NCBI RefSeq assembly: GCF_000143415.4
Contig: NW_003314356.1
Coordinates: forward strand, 186,001-250,000
DNA: 64,000 nucleotides
Reading direction: 5' to 3'
Source of the DNA: Selaginella moellendorffii
Lineage: Eukaryota; Plantae; Lycopodiophyta
The notes below the pieces were generated by a model. The model was not told the origin of the DNA. It made no database searches and saw nothing but the letters and a program-made list of their open reading frames with translations. This document shows positions 35,951-49,239 of the stretch, in pieces. Each line of letters opens with the position of its first letter. Position 1 is the first letter of the stretch. Made by a program: the position numbers and the translations under genes.

Positions 35951-36392
35951 GATGGCATGTATTTATTTAAAAATGTAACTTATTATGGCATGGGGTTCCA
36001 TGCCATTGTATTAATATTAAAATACAATTCTTTGAGAGGATTTGCATTATACTAGAAGTGTTACAGCATGTTATTGGAAGTCTACGAAGTTGTTTTATTA
36101 ATAAGGGGAAAGTAAAGATTGAATGGGGACTTGGGCTCCACCTAGACTCGGAGCAACTGAGCCAATATTAAAAGGATGGAAAGAAATTGGACGACGATGA
36201 CAAGGAGAAGAGAGAGGTGAAGCAGTGGCAGGGGGAGGAGAAGTGATTGAGTAGACATTTCCTTGTTTAAAATAAAATGGCATGTGCCTCAATGCAGTTG
36301 AATTTTGTTATATTTATATACTATATAAAGGTTTGGAAACCTTATTTTACAAGTGGGATAATGACAATTCCCACTTTAACGAAATAAAGCTT

Positions 36393-37672
36393 ATTCACAC
36401 CTTTTTAAGGTCACAACTCAAGGAATGCTCCAGAATATTTACAAATTTTTTATGACAACCAAGATCCCAAATCACTACTTCACAAACGATCAAAAGAAAA
36501 AATTCGTCTTGAGGACATGACGATATTCAGTTGTGGGAGGCAAACTATATAAGCTTGGACATGACAACATCTTGAGAAGATGCATAGAATCACAAGAAGA
36601 GATTAAGGATCTACTCGATGAAGCTTATGCAGGAAGATCAGGAGGTCATTTTGTCAAAGAAATTACAGCCAGGAAAGTGTTACAAGCTGGATTATGGTGG
36701 CCGACACTTTGGAAAGACACCACTTAGCATTGTCAAGAATGTGACATATGTCAAAGAATGAAGTTTCCACTAAGGAAACAAACTCAGGAACTCAATCCAA
36801 CAATGGCATTGGAACCCTTCCAGCATTGGGGACTTGATTTTGTTGGACCTATAGCAAAAAGTAGTAAAGGAAATCAATATATTTTGGTCGCTACTGATTA
36901 TATGACAAAATGGGCAGAAGCTCTCCCACTAAAGAAAGCCACAGCAAAAAATACAGCCAAGTTTCTCTATGAAACAATTATAACACGATATGGATTACCA
37001 CAAGAAATTGTTACAGATCGAGGAACACATTTTCTGAATGAGACCATCGACATTCTTGTTAAAGAATTTATCATCAACCATAAGAAGTCGACACCATATT
37101 ACCCCCAGGGTAATGGACAAATAGAATCAACAAACAAAACGCTTAAAAACATAATCAAGAAAATAGTCAAGACAAACCTTAAGGATTGGGATGAAAGAAT
37201 TTACAATGCTCTTTGGGCTTACAGAACAACCTACAAAGTTTCAACAAATTCTACACCTTTCAAGTTTGCTTATGGCCTTGAAGTGTTAACACCACTAGAG
37301 TATACAGTACCATCCTTGAGAATGGCCATTGAACTTGAAATTAATCAAGAAGAATCGATCAAGAAAAGACTCACGATGCTTGAAAAACTCGATGAAGAAA
37401 GACTAAGTGTAATATGGACAATCGAAGCAATACAGGCTAGAAGGAAAGCTTATCAAGATCGCAAACAAGTCAAGAAAAACAAAGTGCATTACAAAGTAGG
37501 AGATTTTGTATTATGGTATTGTGGCAATGTGGATAAACTTGGAGGAAAACTCGTTCATCAATGGGAAGGACCATTCAAGATTACAAGTATACAAATCCCA
37601 GGAACAGCAAAACTTGCAACTTTAGATGATGAAAAATTGCAAGTAGTTAAAAAAATTAACGTTTATTTTTAA
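36393..37672 (+). pseudogene. Ty3/Gypsy integrase fragment (non-chromovirus, Tat/Athila-like)
   Basis: GGHF..TARKVLQAGLWWPTL, PFQHWGLDFVGP, VATDYMTKWAEA, VTDRGTHF, PQGNGQIESTNK, WEGPFKI; starts abruptly at the transposon TIR. Confidence 0.9.
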
Positions 37673-38679
37673 AATAATTTATTTACCATTTGGAATAATA
37701 GGATATTTTCCTTATGCTTACGTAGGGATTAAAAATGCAGATTAATATCTAGAGCAAGATCAAAATATTTATTTAAAATATATGGCTCAATATTGAAACA
37801 AAAGATAAAACTCATGTAAATATTTAAGAGAAACCTGTACTAATGTTTTATCATAAAATTATGCATTCATGTTTCATATATGACATGGTATCTAATATGG
37901 TATAAGATATTTCATACATATACAAATATAAAATCCATTTCTTAATAATATCCCAGTTGTATGAAGATTTCATAGAAAATAAAACATTAGCTATTAGCTC
38001 AAAGAATAGCATAAAATTATAAATTATAACATTACACTTTGAGTAGCAATGAGTTTGATAAAAATTATATTAGATTAAAAATATTTACAAGAACATATTC
38101 TACTATTATTGTGGCATTGCAAAGATATAAGAGATATTTAAGGGTACATCAAACAATTTTACTATATATACTAAATCAATAAAAAAAAACCCAAATCAGA
38201 TAGTCATGTTTGAAAAAAAAAAAGAAAATTAAAAACTAATTATAATTTTATGTGAATTTTTAGTGAGAGTAAATTTATAGAAAAAAATAAAAATATTATT
38301 ATCTTCTGTATAATATTATTGAACTTTATTTAATTTTTCTTATAGACTTGTTGAAAGTTATTTAAAAGTTAAATTAATCAGCTTTAAACTTGCAATTTTA
38401 TATTATGGATTGCAACTATAAATTAAACTACCTGAATAAAATACATTAATTTATAGATAGAAGTATTGATGATTTTAATGTTGCATGAAAAGAAGTTAGT
38501 CACTTTTAATAGAACGAACATATATAAAACACAAACCCAAATTAAGGTAGAAAAAATGAATAGCATATTTTTCAAATTATTAGCTTGAATATATCATTAG
38601 TAAGTTGTAGTAAAAATTATATGCTCTTTTGAAGAAGTCTCATTTTTGAAGTGTATTCCTGATATTCCTACTATTTAAC

Positions 38680-41054
38680 TTTGGAACCAGAAGAAATTCA
38701 CAAGAAAGTTCCATAGGGGGGAATAATGATGGTTTGAATGTAAGTTTTCTTTAGAAACTATCAAAGTTTTATTTTGCTTCTTTTTACTAGGCTAACGTAT
38801 TGCATGATAGGGTTTTCAAGAAGATATTTGACTTTGGGCATTTAGGAAGTCATGTCACTAACTTGAGTGATGGGTAAATAAAAAATCAAAACTCAAATAC
38901 TTATAGTTTCAAAGATGTGAGGTTCCCTTACTTTACTTTAATCTAGCCCTTATTTCAAAATGAATATTCTTGGTGACAGTTTTCTAATTTGGTTTTACTT
39001 GCTGGAATTAAGCTTAAAAGTTAATAAGCTCTAATTTCCAGGTTGGAGAGCAAATTTGAGAATGTGATGAAGGAGAAACTCTATATCACTTAAAGTATTG
39101 CGGCTGCTAAGGAGCTACTTCAAGCATGGGATATGAAGTTCCTTACTAGTGCCCACACCGGCATAACACTTCCAAAATATGAAGAGCTTGAGGATGGATG
39201 GCTTCCTGATGGCAGCTCAAGCTTCATGGATTTCAAGAACTAGTTGGGCCAACCATTTTTCTCATGCTGCATGGCATATAGGTATATTGCAAGAAATTGA
39301 CTTGCTTATGTAATCATGGCTCTTTTATAGGTATTTAAATCATTGCCTAGGTGCTCCAGTGTACACAACAAGTGTTTTTCTCAAGCTTTTAACTGGTGGG
39401 AAGAAACTTGGCATGTATGAGCCAGAGGTCCATTGTCCCACTGCACGGGAGCGAGAACTTTGTCCATGGTACTTGGAGTTGTGGAGCCAAATGCCATTTT
39501 GAGCTTTTGAGCTTGATTTCTACCTTGAGTGTCATCCAGGTTTGATGAGTAAACCTTCCTAGCAATAACTTATGTTTCTACTTTATTTATTATAGAGGCA
39601 CTTTTGGAGGGAGTGGAAATGCCTCATGACAGAGATGAGATTCATATTGAGCAGCCTGAAGAGCAATATGTGGAGAACCCAGTTGAAAACTCTCTTACCC
39701 CATCTCATCTTACAGCAGTTGCTCATTCTCCAGATCCTACTGCCACTGCTTGTCCAGCCCCAACTATTCGAAATGTACGAAGGCAGCTCCATGGTAAGGA
39801 CGTCCAAAAGAGTAAAAACTTGATTTCCAATGACCTTGCTTATTATAATTTAGTTATAGATGTTGGAGAAACCAACTAGCACTCTATACACCAATGTACA
39901 AATGCATTCTTTCCATCTCTCCCCACTACTATAGAGGATGACCTCCAAGAGTTATCTTCATCGGCTTCACATAAACAGGTATGATAAAAAACATGTATTA
40001 ACTTTAATATTTCCTGGTTTTAAACACTATTCAGGTTCACCCTCTTTCTCCTATAGGAAGTGTTGGCAATGTGGAAATAGTTATTGGGGACTACTTTCAG
40101 CTTTCCAACAACGTGAGCCGAGAGTTTTCTATGTTCCATCGATAGATGCAAGGATTGGGAATGAACAATACTTTCAGCATTGATCTTGTGTTCTTTGACT
40201 TGCTTGATGGGTTACCACCTTTACAAGGCGACACCCCATCCTAGAACATCCTTTGACTGGACTATATTTCTCAAGTGGTGGATGTAGCATTCAAGGTGTT
40301 GCGATATGAGGGATTATGCTAGTCATTCTTCCCTGTTCTTTGTTTTGGGAAGGTCTTCTTGCAATGATGGCAGAGAATGATGACTCTAGATTGGTTGAGT
40401 TTGCATTAGGCTGCCTACTCTCAAACATCCCGGTCGAAACAAAAGGAGCAAGTGGCTGAATCCAAAAGGTTTGCATTTCCTTATTTTTCATATTTTAAAT
40501 TAATTGCCTCTTTTCATTGTAGGTTTTAGCATGGAACTACCATGCTCTCTGCTGCTACTCTTGCTATCATAGTATTACACAAGCTGATGAGCGTGTAGGT
40601 TTGGTATTGCCAGGATATGATAACTCAACAGATATCATCCCGAATGTCATTGATGAGGACCATCATATAGAGTTCCTTAGCTATTGATACCATTCACCAA
40701 AGGCCTTGCAAATCCTCCTAGAGTTGTTTTGTCCTCCTAAATGCTACAGTAGGTTTTGGTTCGATGGTGCCAGCGGCTAAAGAGACTAGCTGTGCAGTTT
40801 TTGCACTGGAGAAGGAGAGTGCATTTGAAAGTGTTCTTGGGACCTTTCATTCAGGTGATAATAAAGTATAAATTTCTCATTATAGTAATTCCATCATGGT
40901 TGTGTATATTAGGTGGATTGATGATGTGGGCTATAATTTACCATGTTATGTAGAAGCAATGGCACAAGCTCATATACAACAAGAGCCCACAGTTAGAGAG
41001 CATAATACTATACGAACTCCTCCTTTTGTGGATGTGGATGCCGAGGAAGACTAA
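38680..41054 (+). pseudogene. Degenerate multi-exon gene with a beta-class N4/N6 DNA-methyltransferase-like fold
   Basis: Manual translation: SIDLVFFDLLDGLPP...DYISQVVDVAFKVLRYEG/IMLVILP (~40175-40335) and SPKALQILLELFCPPK/NATVGFGSMVPAAKETSCAVFALEKE (~40694-40818). Short GT-AG introns, many stops and frameshifts; 5' boundary approximate. Confidence 0.6.
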
Positions 41055-43979
41055 GTTTAGTTTTTTTTTAGTTGAATTTTTTAGTGGTAATATAGAGTTT
41101 CTTGTTTGACTTATGATATTTATTTTCTTATTAGACTTATATTATTTAGTTTTTTCTTGGACTGAAAATATGTCTTAAGTTTTGAATAGAATTGTTGGTT
41201 TGTCCCGAACCAATCATTTAAACATCATTTTTTGTATTTGGTGGACTATTGACTTTCATTGACTTGAGCTTAGCTCATAAACTACCCAACCCCCTCTCCA
41301 AGTAAGCCTTCCTTGTTAGATCAACTAAAGATTCCAACTTTTTTTGGTGATGATGGTGTGGACAAGTGTCTCGCTTGGTTAGCCAATGTGAAGAAGTTCT
41401 TAGCTACTAGGGAAACTCTAGATATAAAGGCTTTAGTGGGTATTCCAATGGTTTTGTGTAATACGGGTCTTCGGTGGTGGAATTGGCTTAAGGAGTTTTG
41501 TGTTGCAGATAAAAAACCATTAGTGTTTACCATAGATGACTTTGAATTTGCTTTTCATTTACATTTTGCTCCTCACTACGACATGAAGAATGTTCACATA
41601 GAACTTTGACATTTCCAATAAGGGAAAATGAAGCTCAGGGACTGTATTGAGAAGCTTACTTGCTTGGTTAGCTGTGTTCCACGATCCAGATTAGAACAAG
41701 TCTTACTTTATTGATTGCCTTCATAGTGAGAGCATGTGGCAATACTTGCGTCATTCTCAACCTACAAAGAGTTTGGAGGAGCTCTTTGATATAGCTCGTT
41801 GACTTAACAATGTCAAACACAAGTCTCACAAGCATTTGAGGAGTCCTTATGTCAAGAATTATTGTGATGATTGTCGTGGACACAAGGATGAAAACAAGAA
41901 TCACAAGTTGAAGTCTATGGTGACTACTTTGAATGCAAGTCAAAGAAGCAAAAGTTCTTTATGAAGAATTATAGATAGGGTTGTCATCATTGCGGTGAGT
42001 TTGAACACTACAAGGCTGATTGTCCACAGTTGAAGAATAAATGGCAGGAGAAAAAGAATGGCCAATCTTCTACTGATAGTAAATTAGATACTAAGAAGTT
42101 GTAAACTTTGTAGCGTGAGGATGATGGAGATGACTATTCAAGCCAGAGGAAGAGGCTTTTGATTATTGTTCATCAACTCAACTATGTGTGGAACAAGATG
42201 GAGCTCAAGGACACTCGTGAATTGGCTTTAATGTTGGAGGGTATGTTTTGTGGCAATCTAGTGCAGATTTTATTGGATAATAGGAGTGATGACAACTTTC
42301 TTTTGATAAAGTTTGTTTAGGAGCATGACCTGGTGACACAAGGAGTTTTTCCATACACAGTGGAAGGTGTAGCTACCTTTGCTTAGCATTTCAATGCTTG
42401 TGTTGAGGGTCTAGAAGTGTTGGTTGGAAAAACCACACTTGTGGAAACTTTTTATCTTGAGGATATCCATCGTGTGGATTTCATTTTTGGGATGCCATGG
42501 TTGGTAAAAGTGGATCCAGATATAAAGTGAAGTATTAAGTGTGTCTCATTAGAGTATGGTGGCATTAAAAATGTGAGGTTTGGAGAGGGAGTTCAACCTT
42601 TAGTTGTTATGCTCTCTACTACATCTTTAAAATGGACTTGTTGTAATAAAAAAACACTTTTAAGTTACTTGTTGTTTGTTTGCGACTTGAGGGACCAAGG
42701 CACATGTGGGGGAGAAGTAGTAGTACGGGATGTACTTGATGATTTTTCTGATGTTTTTCTATTTGAACTTCGTCATGGGTTGCCTCCATTATGAGGTGTA
42801 GAGTACGAGATTATATTGGAGCTGGAGACATGGCCAATTTATTGGTGTCTATTCCAATTGAGTTATGCAGAGGAATAAGAAGTTCAACGACAAGTCAAGG
42901 AATTATTTGAGTTTGGATTTATTCATCCAAGTAAGTCTTTTTTTGGTGCTCCGGTCTTACTTGTGAAGAAGGACGGTTCAAATGTGGATATGTATTGACT
43001 ACCATACCTTGAACAAGAAGATAGTGAAAGATAATATACTAATGCCGCATGTGGATTCATTTGAGTAAGGTGGTCAGCAAGTTTGGGTAGTTGGTTGAGC
43101 ATGCTCAAGCTCAAGATGCTAAGGTGGTCTCTTTGTGAGCCCAGATGGAAGCACCTTTCTTATTGGTGGATGGGATTTTTTACTACAATGGCTGTGTATA
43201 TTTGCTATGGGTGGATGCATTAATTACTCAAGTTTTATTCCACTATCATGATCACCTAGAGGTTGGTCATTTTGAGGGGAAGAAGATGTATGAGTTGATT
43301 AAGTGCAATTTTTATTGGAATATGAAGGCTAATATCCTCGAGTATTGTAAATCATGCGAGCTTTGTCAGTGGGTTAAGGTGTTACAGGAGAAGCTAGGGG
43401 GACTTTTGAAACCTTTACCTATTCTTTAGAGCCATTGGTGTAGTATCTTTATGAACTTCATCACTTTGCCACGAACACAAAGGCAAAAGGAGCAAGTATA
43501 GGTCATAGTGGATTGATTAACGAAGTATGTATAATTGTTGGCTCTTTAGAAGATTATTACCGCCTTAAACTAGGTTGCAGTATATTTAAAGAAGGTTTTT
43601 CCTAATTTTGGTTTGCTGAAGGACATTATTAGTGATCGAGATTCAAAGTTCACTAGTGGATTTTAGAAGAGCTTTTTAAAGGATATGCAAATGATTTTGA
43701 AACTCTCGAGTGGAGATCATCCTTAGATGAATGGGCAAACCGAGCATGTGAATCAAGTGGTGAAGGATATACTATGCTATAGCATTGGTCAAAGGCAAGG
43801 ATAGTGGGATCTATATCTTCTATTGGTGCAATTTATTTATAACAATAGCCAATACAATGGAACAAAACTAAATGCTTACTTTGCCATATTTGGAAGGCAT
43901 CCTAGAATAATGGTGGAGTTAGGATTACATTTGAGTAAAGATGTTTAAGATAAGCTTGATTTTGAGGCAACTGATCTAG

Positions 43980-44654
43980 TGTAGTGCACCCTATCTCTCT
44001 CCCCTTAAGCTAACTGGAAAAGGGGAAACTGCTTGATGAGAGAGCCTTTAGTGGCTATTTTATCCCCATTTATCCCCTAAGGTTCCAAGGATCTATGGTG
44101 ACAATATATCCAAATCTCATCCCATGATCACATGTGTTACATTCACCCTCCTTTTAGAGATGTTAATGTCCTCATTGACTATTGATTAACAACCCTTACT
44201 GAGCCAAGGGGAACCAACACCTCTATTTCTGCACTCAATCTATGAATCCTTCCATTGTGTAAACTAGCTATTCCATGTGAGGCAACTAATCATCCACCCG
44301 TACTACAATCCCACGGTGGATACCTTTGTCTATGGATACTCCACACAAGAGGAAGGATGTACGTATGGATGTCCAATACGTACGATTTCTAATTTTAGGA
44401 GTAGGAATATATCTTGCTCAAGAGTATATTATATTTTTAAGTAGCCACTAATGAATGGGAATCGAACTTGTGCCATTTGCTCCTATACCATATGTAGCAC
44501 ACCCTATCTCTTTCCCCTTAAACCAACTAAAAAAGGGGAAATTGCTTGATGAGAGAGCCCTTAATGGCTATTTTATCCACATTTATCTCCCAAGGTTTCA
44601 AGGATCCACGGTGACAGTATATTCAAATCTCATCCCATGATCACACGTGCTACA
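43980..44654 (-). mobile_element. Complete TRIM (675 bp) inserted in the Gypsy integrase
   Basis: 162-bp LTRs at 43980-44141 and 44493-44654 (TG...CA), TSD TCTAG on both sides, minus-strand PBS TGGTATAGGAGC and PPT. An internal piece recurs at ~20780-20870. Confidence 0.92.
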
Positions 44655-46141
44655 TCTAGCCACAGAACTTGGTGGTGTGCAAATGAAATTTGTAGACAGC
44701 TCAAGATAGAGTAAAAAAGTTTACTAATGAGCATCATCAATTCTGGGAATATAAGGTGGGTGATTTTATTTTTGTGTGAGTGATCTTTCTGTCAAGTGAG
44801 TAGCGGAACACCTTGGTGTCTTTATGGAATGGGAAGAGTGATAAACTTTCTCATCGGTATGCTGGTCCATATGAAGTGTTGGAGCGCATTGGTAAGGTGT
44901 CTTATCGGGTGCAACTGCTAGCTGGGGTGAAAATTCATTTAGTAGTTTATATCAGCCAATTGAAAGGTGTACTATCTCAAAGTGATGGACCCAATACCTC
45001 CTTGATGTATATGAATATGGGAGATGGACCAAGAGCTTGAGCAGGGTTCCTCAAAAAGGGTGATCACTAGTACAATTCATCCTTAAGACAACGACTTTGT
45101 TAGAGGGGAAGAATTATTAGGCACCAACTTTGACCACATGGTCAACATCAGTCAAATGGACACTCAAGGGTACATTAAGGCATGTTAGGGTAAGGAACTT
45201 AACTACTCTAGGGTTCACAGTGGAGTGGTGGCACAGTGGAGCTTTTGAGATACCTTGGGGGTGGTTGGGTGGTGAGGAACCTCAAGAGAAGGTATAGTGT
45301 AGTTTAGGAAGATTAGATCTTCATCTTTTTACGCTAGATCATAACAGTTGACAACTCAATGTGCTCTCTAAAGACAACTTTAAGATAGGATGGCACTATT
45401 GTGCTTATGGGATGAAATTTGTTTACAGTATTAACTGGAGAGAGCCTCTTGAAGCTCCAAAAGCTTATTGAGCAAGCAATATGTGCCCTTCATTGTCAAC
45501 AACATAATGTAAGGAATCAACTCCTCGAGGTGTCGAAGGCTAAAGGATCCCTGAAAGCAGGACCAATCAGATGAGACCAAGTCTGAGACCGATTCTAAGA
45601 CCAAGTTCGAGACCGAGTTCGAGATTGAGTCCAAGGTCAAGTCCAAGACTGAGTCTAAATACTAATACAAGTAATGACGTGAAAGCCCAAAACATGTCTA
45701 CCAAGGGGGGGGGGGGGGGGCCTAAGGGGTTCCCAAAATTTAAAAGGGGAAAAAAGGGCCAAATACCAATCTTGAAAAAACCCCCTAAGGGGGGCCCCAA
45801 ATTATTTGGGGGTAAAAACGGGGGCCAAAGGCCCTTGGGGGGAATGAGCCAGGACCCCAGTGGGGCCCGAAGGGCCCCCCCAGGAAAGGGTTAAAAAGAA
45901 CCCCCCCCCCCCGAAGGGAAAACAAATGGGGGGCCCCTGGGCCCAGGGGAGGGGGGCCCCCCCTGAAAACCCTAAGGGCCCTTGGGCCCCCCCCCTTTTA
46001 GGGGGTTGGGCCCTCCCCTTTGGAAGGAAAAGGGGGAATAAGGGTACCCATACCCAGCTGTTAGGCCCCGGGGTTTCCCCCCCATGGCCCCAAAAAAGGG
46101 GTGGCTCCAAAGGTTGGGAATTAAAGGGGCCAAAGAACAAA

Positions 46142-46241
46142 NNNNNNNNNNNNNNNNNNNNNNNNNNNNNNNNNNNNNNNNNNNNNNNNNNNNNNNNNNN
46201 NNNNNNNNNNNNNNNNNNNNNNNNNNNNNNNNNNNNNNNNN
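46142..46241. other. Assembly gap (100 N), preceded by low-quality sequence
   Basis: N run; 45720-46141 is a homopolymer-smeared version of 46242-46650. Confidence 0.97.
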
Positions 46242-49239
46242 GTATAGTAGGGATAATAAGGTCTAAGTACTAGTCTTGAAGAAACTCTCTAGTGGTGCTC
46301 CAAATTGATTTGAGGTTAAGACTGGGGTCAAAGGGCCTTGGGTGGGAGTGAGCATGGACTCAAGTGGTGCCGGAAGGGCCACCCAAGGAAGTGCTTAAAA
46401 GTAACTCCCACTCCCGGAAGGGAAATCAATTGTGGTGCTCTTGGCTCATGTGGAGTGGTGCCCCACTTGAGTACCTTATGGCTCATTGGTCCTCACCCTT
46501 TTTAGGGGCTTGGGCCTTCCCTTTGGGATGGAAGTGGGGGAGTAGGGGTACCTATACCGAGCTGTTAGGCCATGGTGTTTCCCCCCAGTGTCCCAAAGCA
46601 AGTGTTGCATCTAAGGCTTGGGATTTAGAGGGTCTAATGATCAAGTCTTGTTGTACCAATGAATGTTAAAAATTTGGAGGCTTAGTGTGCTTGGTTACTT
46701 GTGTCTGCAGGGAGTGTAGCCGAACCTTAAATCTAGTATAACCCAAGGAGAGGGATTGAGAGAGAACTTGGGAATCCGTGGATGGATGGCTAACACTCCA
46801 TTGCTTATGCAGTGAGTTGCTGAAACCAAATAAGACTAAGTAGGTGCTAGTACAATAAGTAGGAACTTTGGCGAGGGAATTTAACTAAAGCCAAGGCCAT
46901 GATGGTCGAATAAACAAGGTAAGCTAGCAAATTGGAAAGGAAAAATTTATGGTTTACACATAAAAACATGCCTTGTGAGGTGATCTGTGCAGTATATGAT
47001 CATTCTTTTTACCGAGATGAGAAGGGTAAGCAATGTTTACTTCCTCTTTGTCATGTTTTCTTGTTGATATTGGTTTTTCTAATATGACAATTCATGTTTC
47101 TAACTAGCCTCTACATGTTATATGGGAAAGACTCCAGTCTTGAACAAAGCCTTGAAGGTAAAAGCCATATACATTGTCCTACACAGCTTTGTGACATTTT
47201 CCCATTTTCAAGTGAGGTGAAAGCTCATCAAGCTTATCCAGGATGTTATCAACCAATGAAGAGCTTTCAGAAAGCCGTAGAAAACATTGTTGCTCATGGA
47301 TCAGCTGGATGACAAAGAAGAGGCTTTGGAAGATGCTCAAATCATAGACATGCTCAACATGTACATGAATACTGGTCACAACTTGATGGCTCATGTCATC
47401 ATGTGGCTCATGATTACCTAAAGAAAAATCCTGATGTGCTCAAGGTAAACCTTTGCAGTTTCATACAAACTTTCTTCTTTAGGCCAAGAAAAATGACATT
47501 GCTAAACACATTTCAGAAGAGGAAATGCTCAACATTTTAGATATCAAAAGTATGTGCTACCTATCTAGAGTCAATGCTGGCCATTTTCCCCCGTTTTCAT
47601 TCCTGAATTTGCCTTTTCTTTTTGCAGATTGTCAATTAACACTATGACTTGCAAATATATCTCCAATAGTCATTAGAAGAGCCTGGGTAGTGTTGAGTTT
47701 AATAGTGGGTGTGCATCTTCTCTCAAGTGATTTTCAAGTGATGTTCAAGTGATTTGGCACAGGAGACATGGTGGCTGATATCTTCACCAAGTCCTTGGTT
47801 TATGATTGTTTTCTTTAGTATCAATATAGTTTTGGTCTCTACTTGTTGAGGAGTTCCAATCTACTTGTTTAAAAAGCAAAGTGGCCATAAGTAACCACTT
47901 TAGAAAGGCAGGTGGAATTTCCTCAAAGTGGAGAGGTAGTTGATAATGAACTCAATTTCCTGTGGTAATACAGTTATTGCCTCAGAAAACAAAGCAAAAA
48001 TTCTAAAAACCTTTAGCTCTTACATATAGTAGGAGTAACAAACAAACACTTCTTTTCTCTACCCAACCAACATTAATATGTTACCAGTTTTATCACCAAC
48101 ACAATTGTCGTCCAATTTCTTGTCCTATAGTTGCCTGTTTGGGACTCTTTGGTTCTTATGCTTGCAGCTGGAGGTGGCACTGGGGTTGGTTCTGAGGAAT
48201 CCAGTGACTCTTCTAGACCTCCAACTTTGTCATAAAGCTTCTCCACTAGGATTTTCTTGCAGGAGAACAAGGCCTTGACATACTCTATCGAAGCCAACAG
48301 GTCTGCTATCTCGAGCAGAAAATGGAGAAGGAGGCTTCTGCACTGGTTTGAAATCAAGCCACTCTTTTTCTTTCAAGGCTGCACATTCCTAAAGATATAA
48401 AGGACCTGTAATAGCTACAAAGCTCAATTCGTAATGCATAGATGGGACTAATTCACTTAGGGAGATGTTGATTACTGTTAGTTTTGTTTTTTATTTCTGA
48501 ATTTAGTAATACACAGGCCTTTCATAGAAATAAACAATTAATTTCAATTGCACATGAATACTGAACATATTATATCCATTTGTCCTACATATTGGACTGG
48601 AAAACTTGTAGATGCTACTGTTGTTTCAACATCCTTGCATTGGAGAGGACAACAACTTTTGCTAGCTCATATTAGCTAAATTTCAAAAGACAAAAAGAAA
48701 AGACATTCTTGGCCTCAGTGTTAGTGTTGAGTTTTCTTGATCTCAGTTTTGCTTGTACCAAGCTTCCTTAAGCATCAACTTGGTAGACTTTGGTGGACAC
48801 AATGATGGTTCTTTTTTAAATTCAGTTGCAACCTGGGCCTTAGTCAGCACTTTGCACAAACAGCAAGCACACTTGCAAGGTCCATCATAATAATAATCTA
48901 AACAAATATAGTGTTGTTACCTTGTTTGAAACTATGAAGGGTTCTAAACTTTATAATCTCACTACTGAACAATCTATACCAAGAATTTCAGTGTACCAAG
49001 GGTGTTCATTCATATCTAAGTTTAAATGAGATATCTAAGTTTTTATAACGTAATTTAAATATGCCAAAAGGTTGTAGATAGTGCATCTAACACAAAACGT
49101 CTTGGAGTGAAAAAAAAACCAAATGAAATAGAAATGGAACATAAATGGAAATTATAGTATTTATTTCTTCAACTTTTTCTTTGCCCTGTTTCATATCTTT
49201 TTTTAAAGTTAATCTCATATAGGACAGGGTACTTGCTAG

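Larger units (their letters stand above)
23545..36298. repeat. Dispersed 22-bp palindrome, consensus ATGGCRTGWGGCCWCAYGCCAT, ~29 copies of varying degeneracy in copy 1 (mirrored in copy 2)
   Basis: Approximate starts: 23545, 23859, 23948, 24355, 24468, 24548, 24708, 24854, 26196, 26253, 28099, 28169, 28267, 28852, 28924, 29772, 29851, 30010, 30145, 30418, 30495, 30555, 31832, 33321, 33462, 34833, 34908, 35985, 36277. Confidence 0.92.
23319..36392. mobile_element. ~13-kb TIR DNA transposon, copy 1 (Sola1/DUF7869-like), with two divergent genes
   Basis: 24-bp TIRs AAGCTCTATTTCGTTAAAGTGGGA (23319-23342) and TCCCACTTTAACGAAATAAAGCTT (36369-36392), one mismatch. Similarity to the inverted copy ends exactly at this TIR (52262). 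No clean TSD. Confidence 0.88.
41313..46958 (+). mobile_element. Degenerate Ty3/Gypsy element (gag, protease, partial RT, integrase, family-B 3' LTR ~45117-46958)
   Basis: KIPTFFGD gag start, CHHCGEFEHYKADC knuckle (~41982), ILLDNRSDDNF protease, [48 protein letters not shown] agaggggaagaa, LTR ending GGTTTACA. Most of RT/RNase H is missing. Confidence 0.85.

Noticed and set aside
23545-36298. Palindromic repeats as a CRISPR array or REP/MITE family
   Set aside because: Spacing is irregular, there are no uniform spacers, no cas genes and no per-copy TSDs, and the context is a spliced eukaryotic locus.
23319-36392. Classification as CACTA, Mutator, Helitron, Polinton or an endogenous virus
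   Set aside because: No CACTA termini, long TIRs with 9-bp TSD, Rep/helicase, polB or capsid motifs. The DNxxxENKN and GHTHEDxD motifs fit a Sola1/DUF7869-type core better, pending a profile search.
45720-46141. G/C homopolymer-rich region with ORFs 45571-46273
   Set aside because: It is a smeared duplicate of 46242-46650 after a poly-G run and next to the N gap, i.e. a sequencing artefact.
46960-49200. Possible host gene (weak PPR-like and coiled-coil fragments, ORF 48073-48357)
   Set aside because: No consistent frame or exon chain; too degenerate to call.
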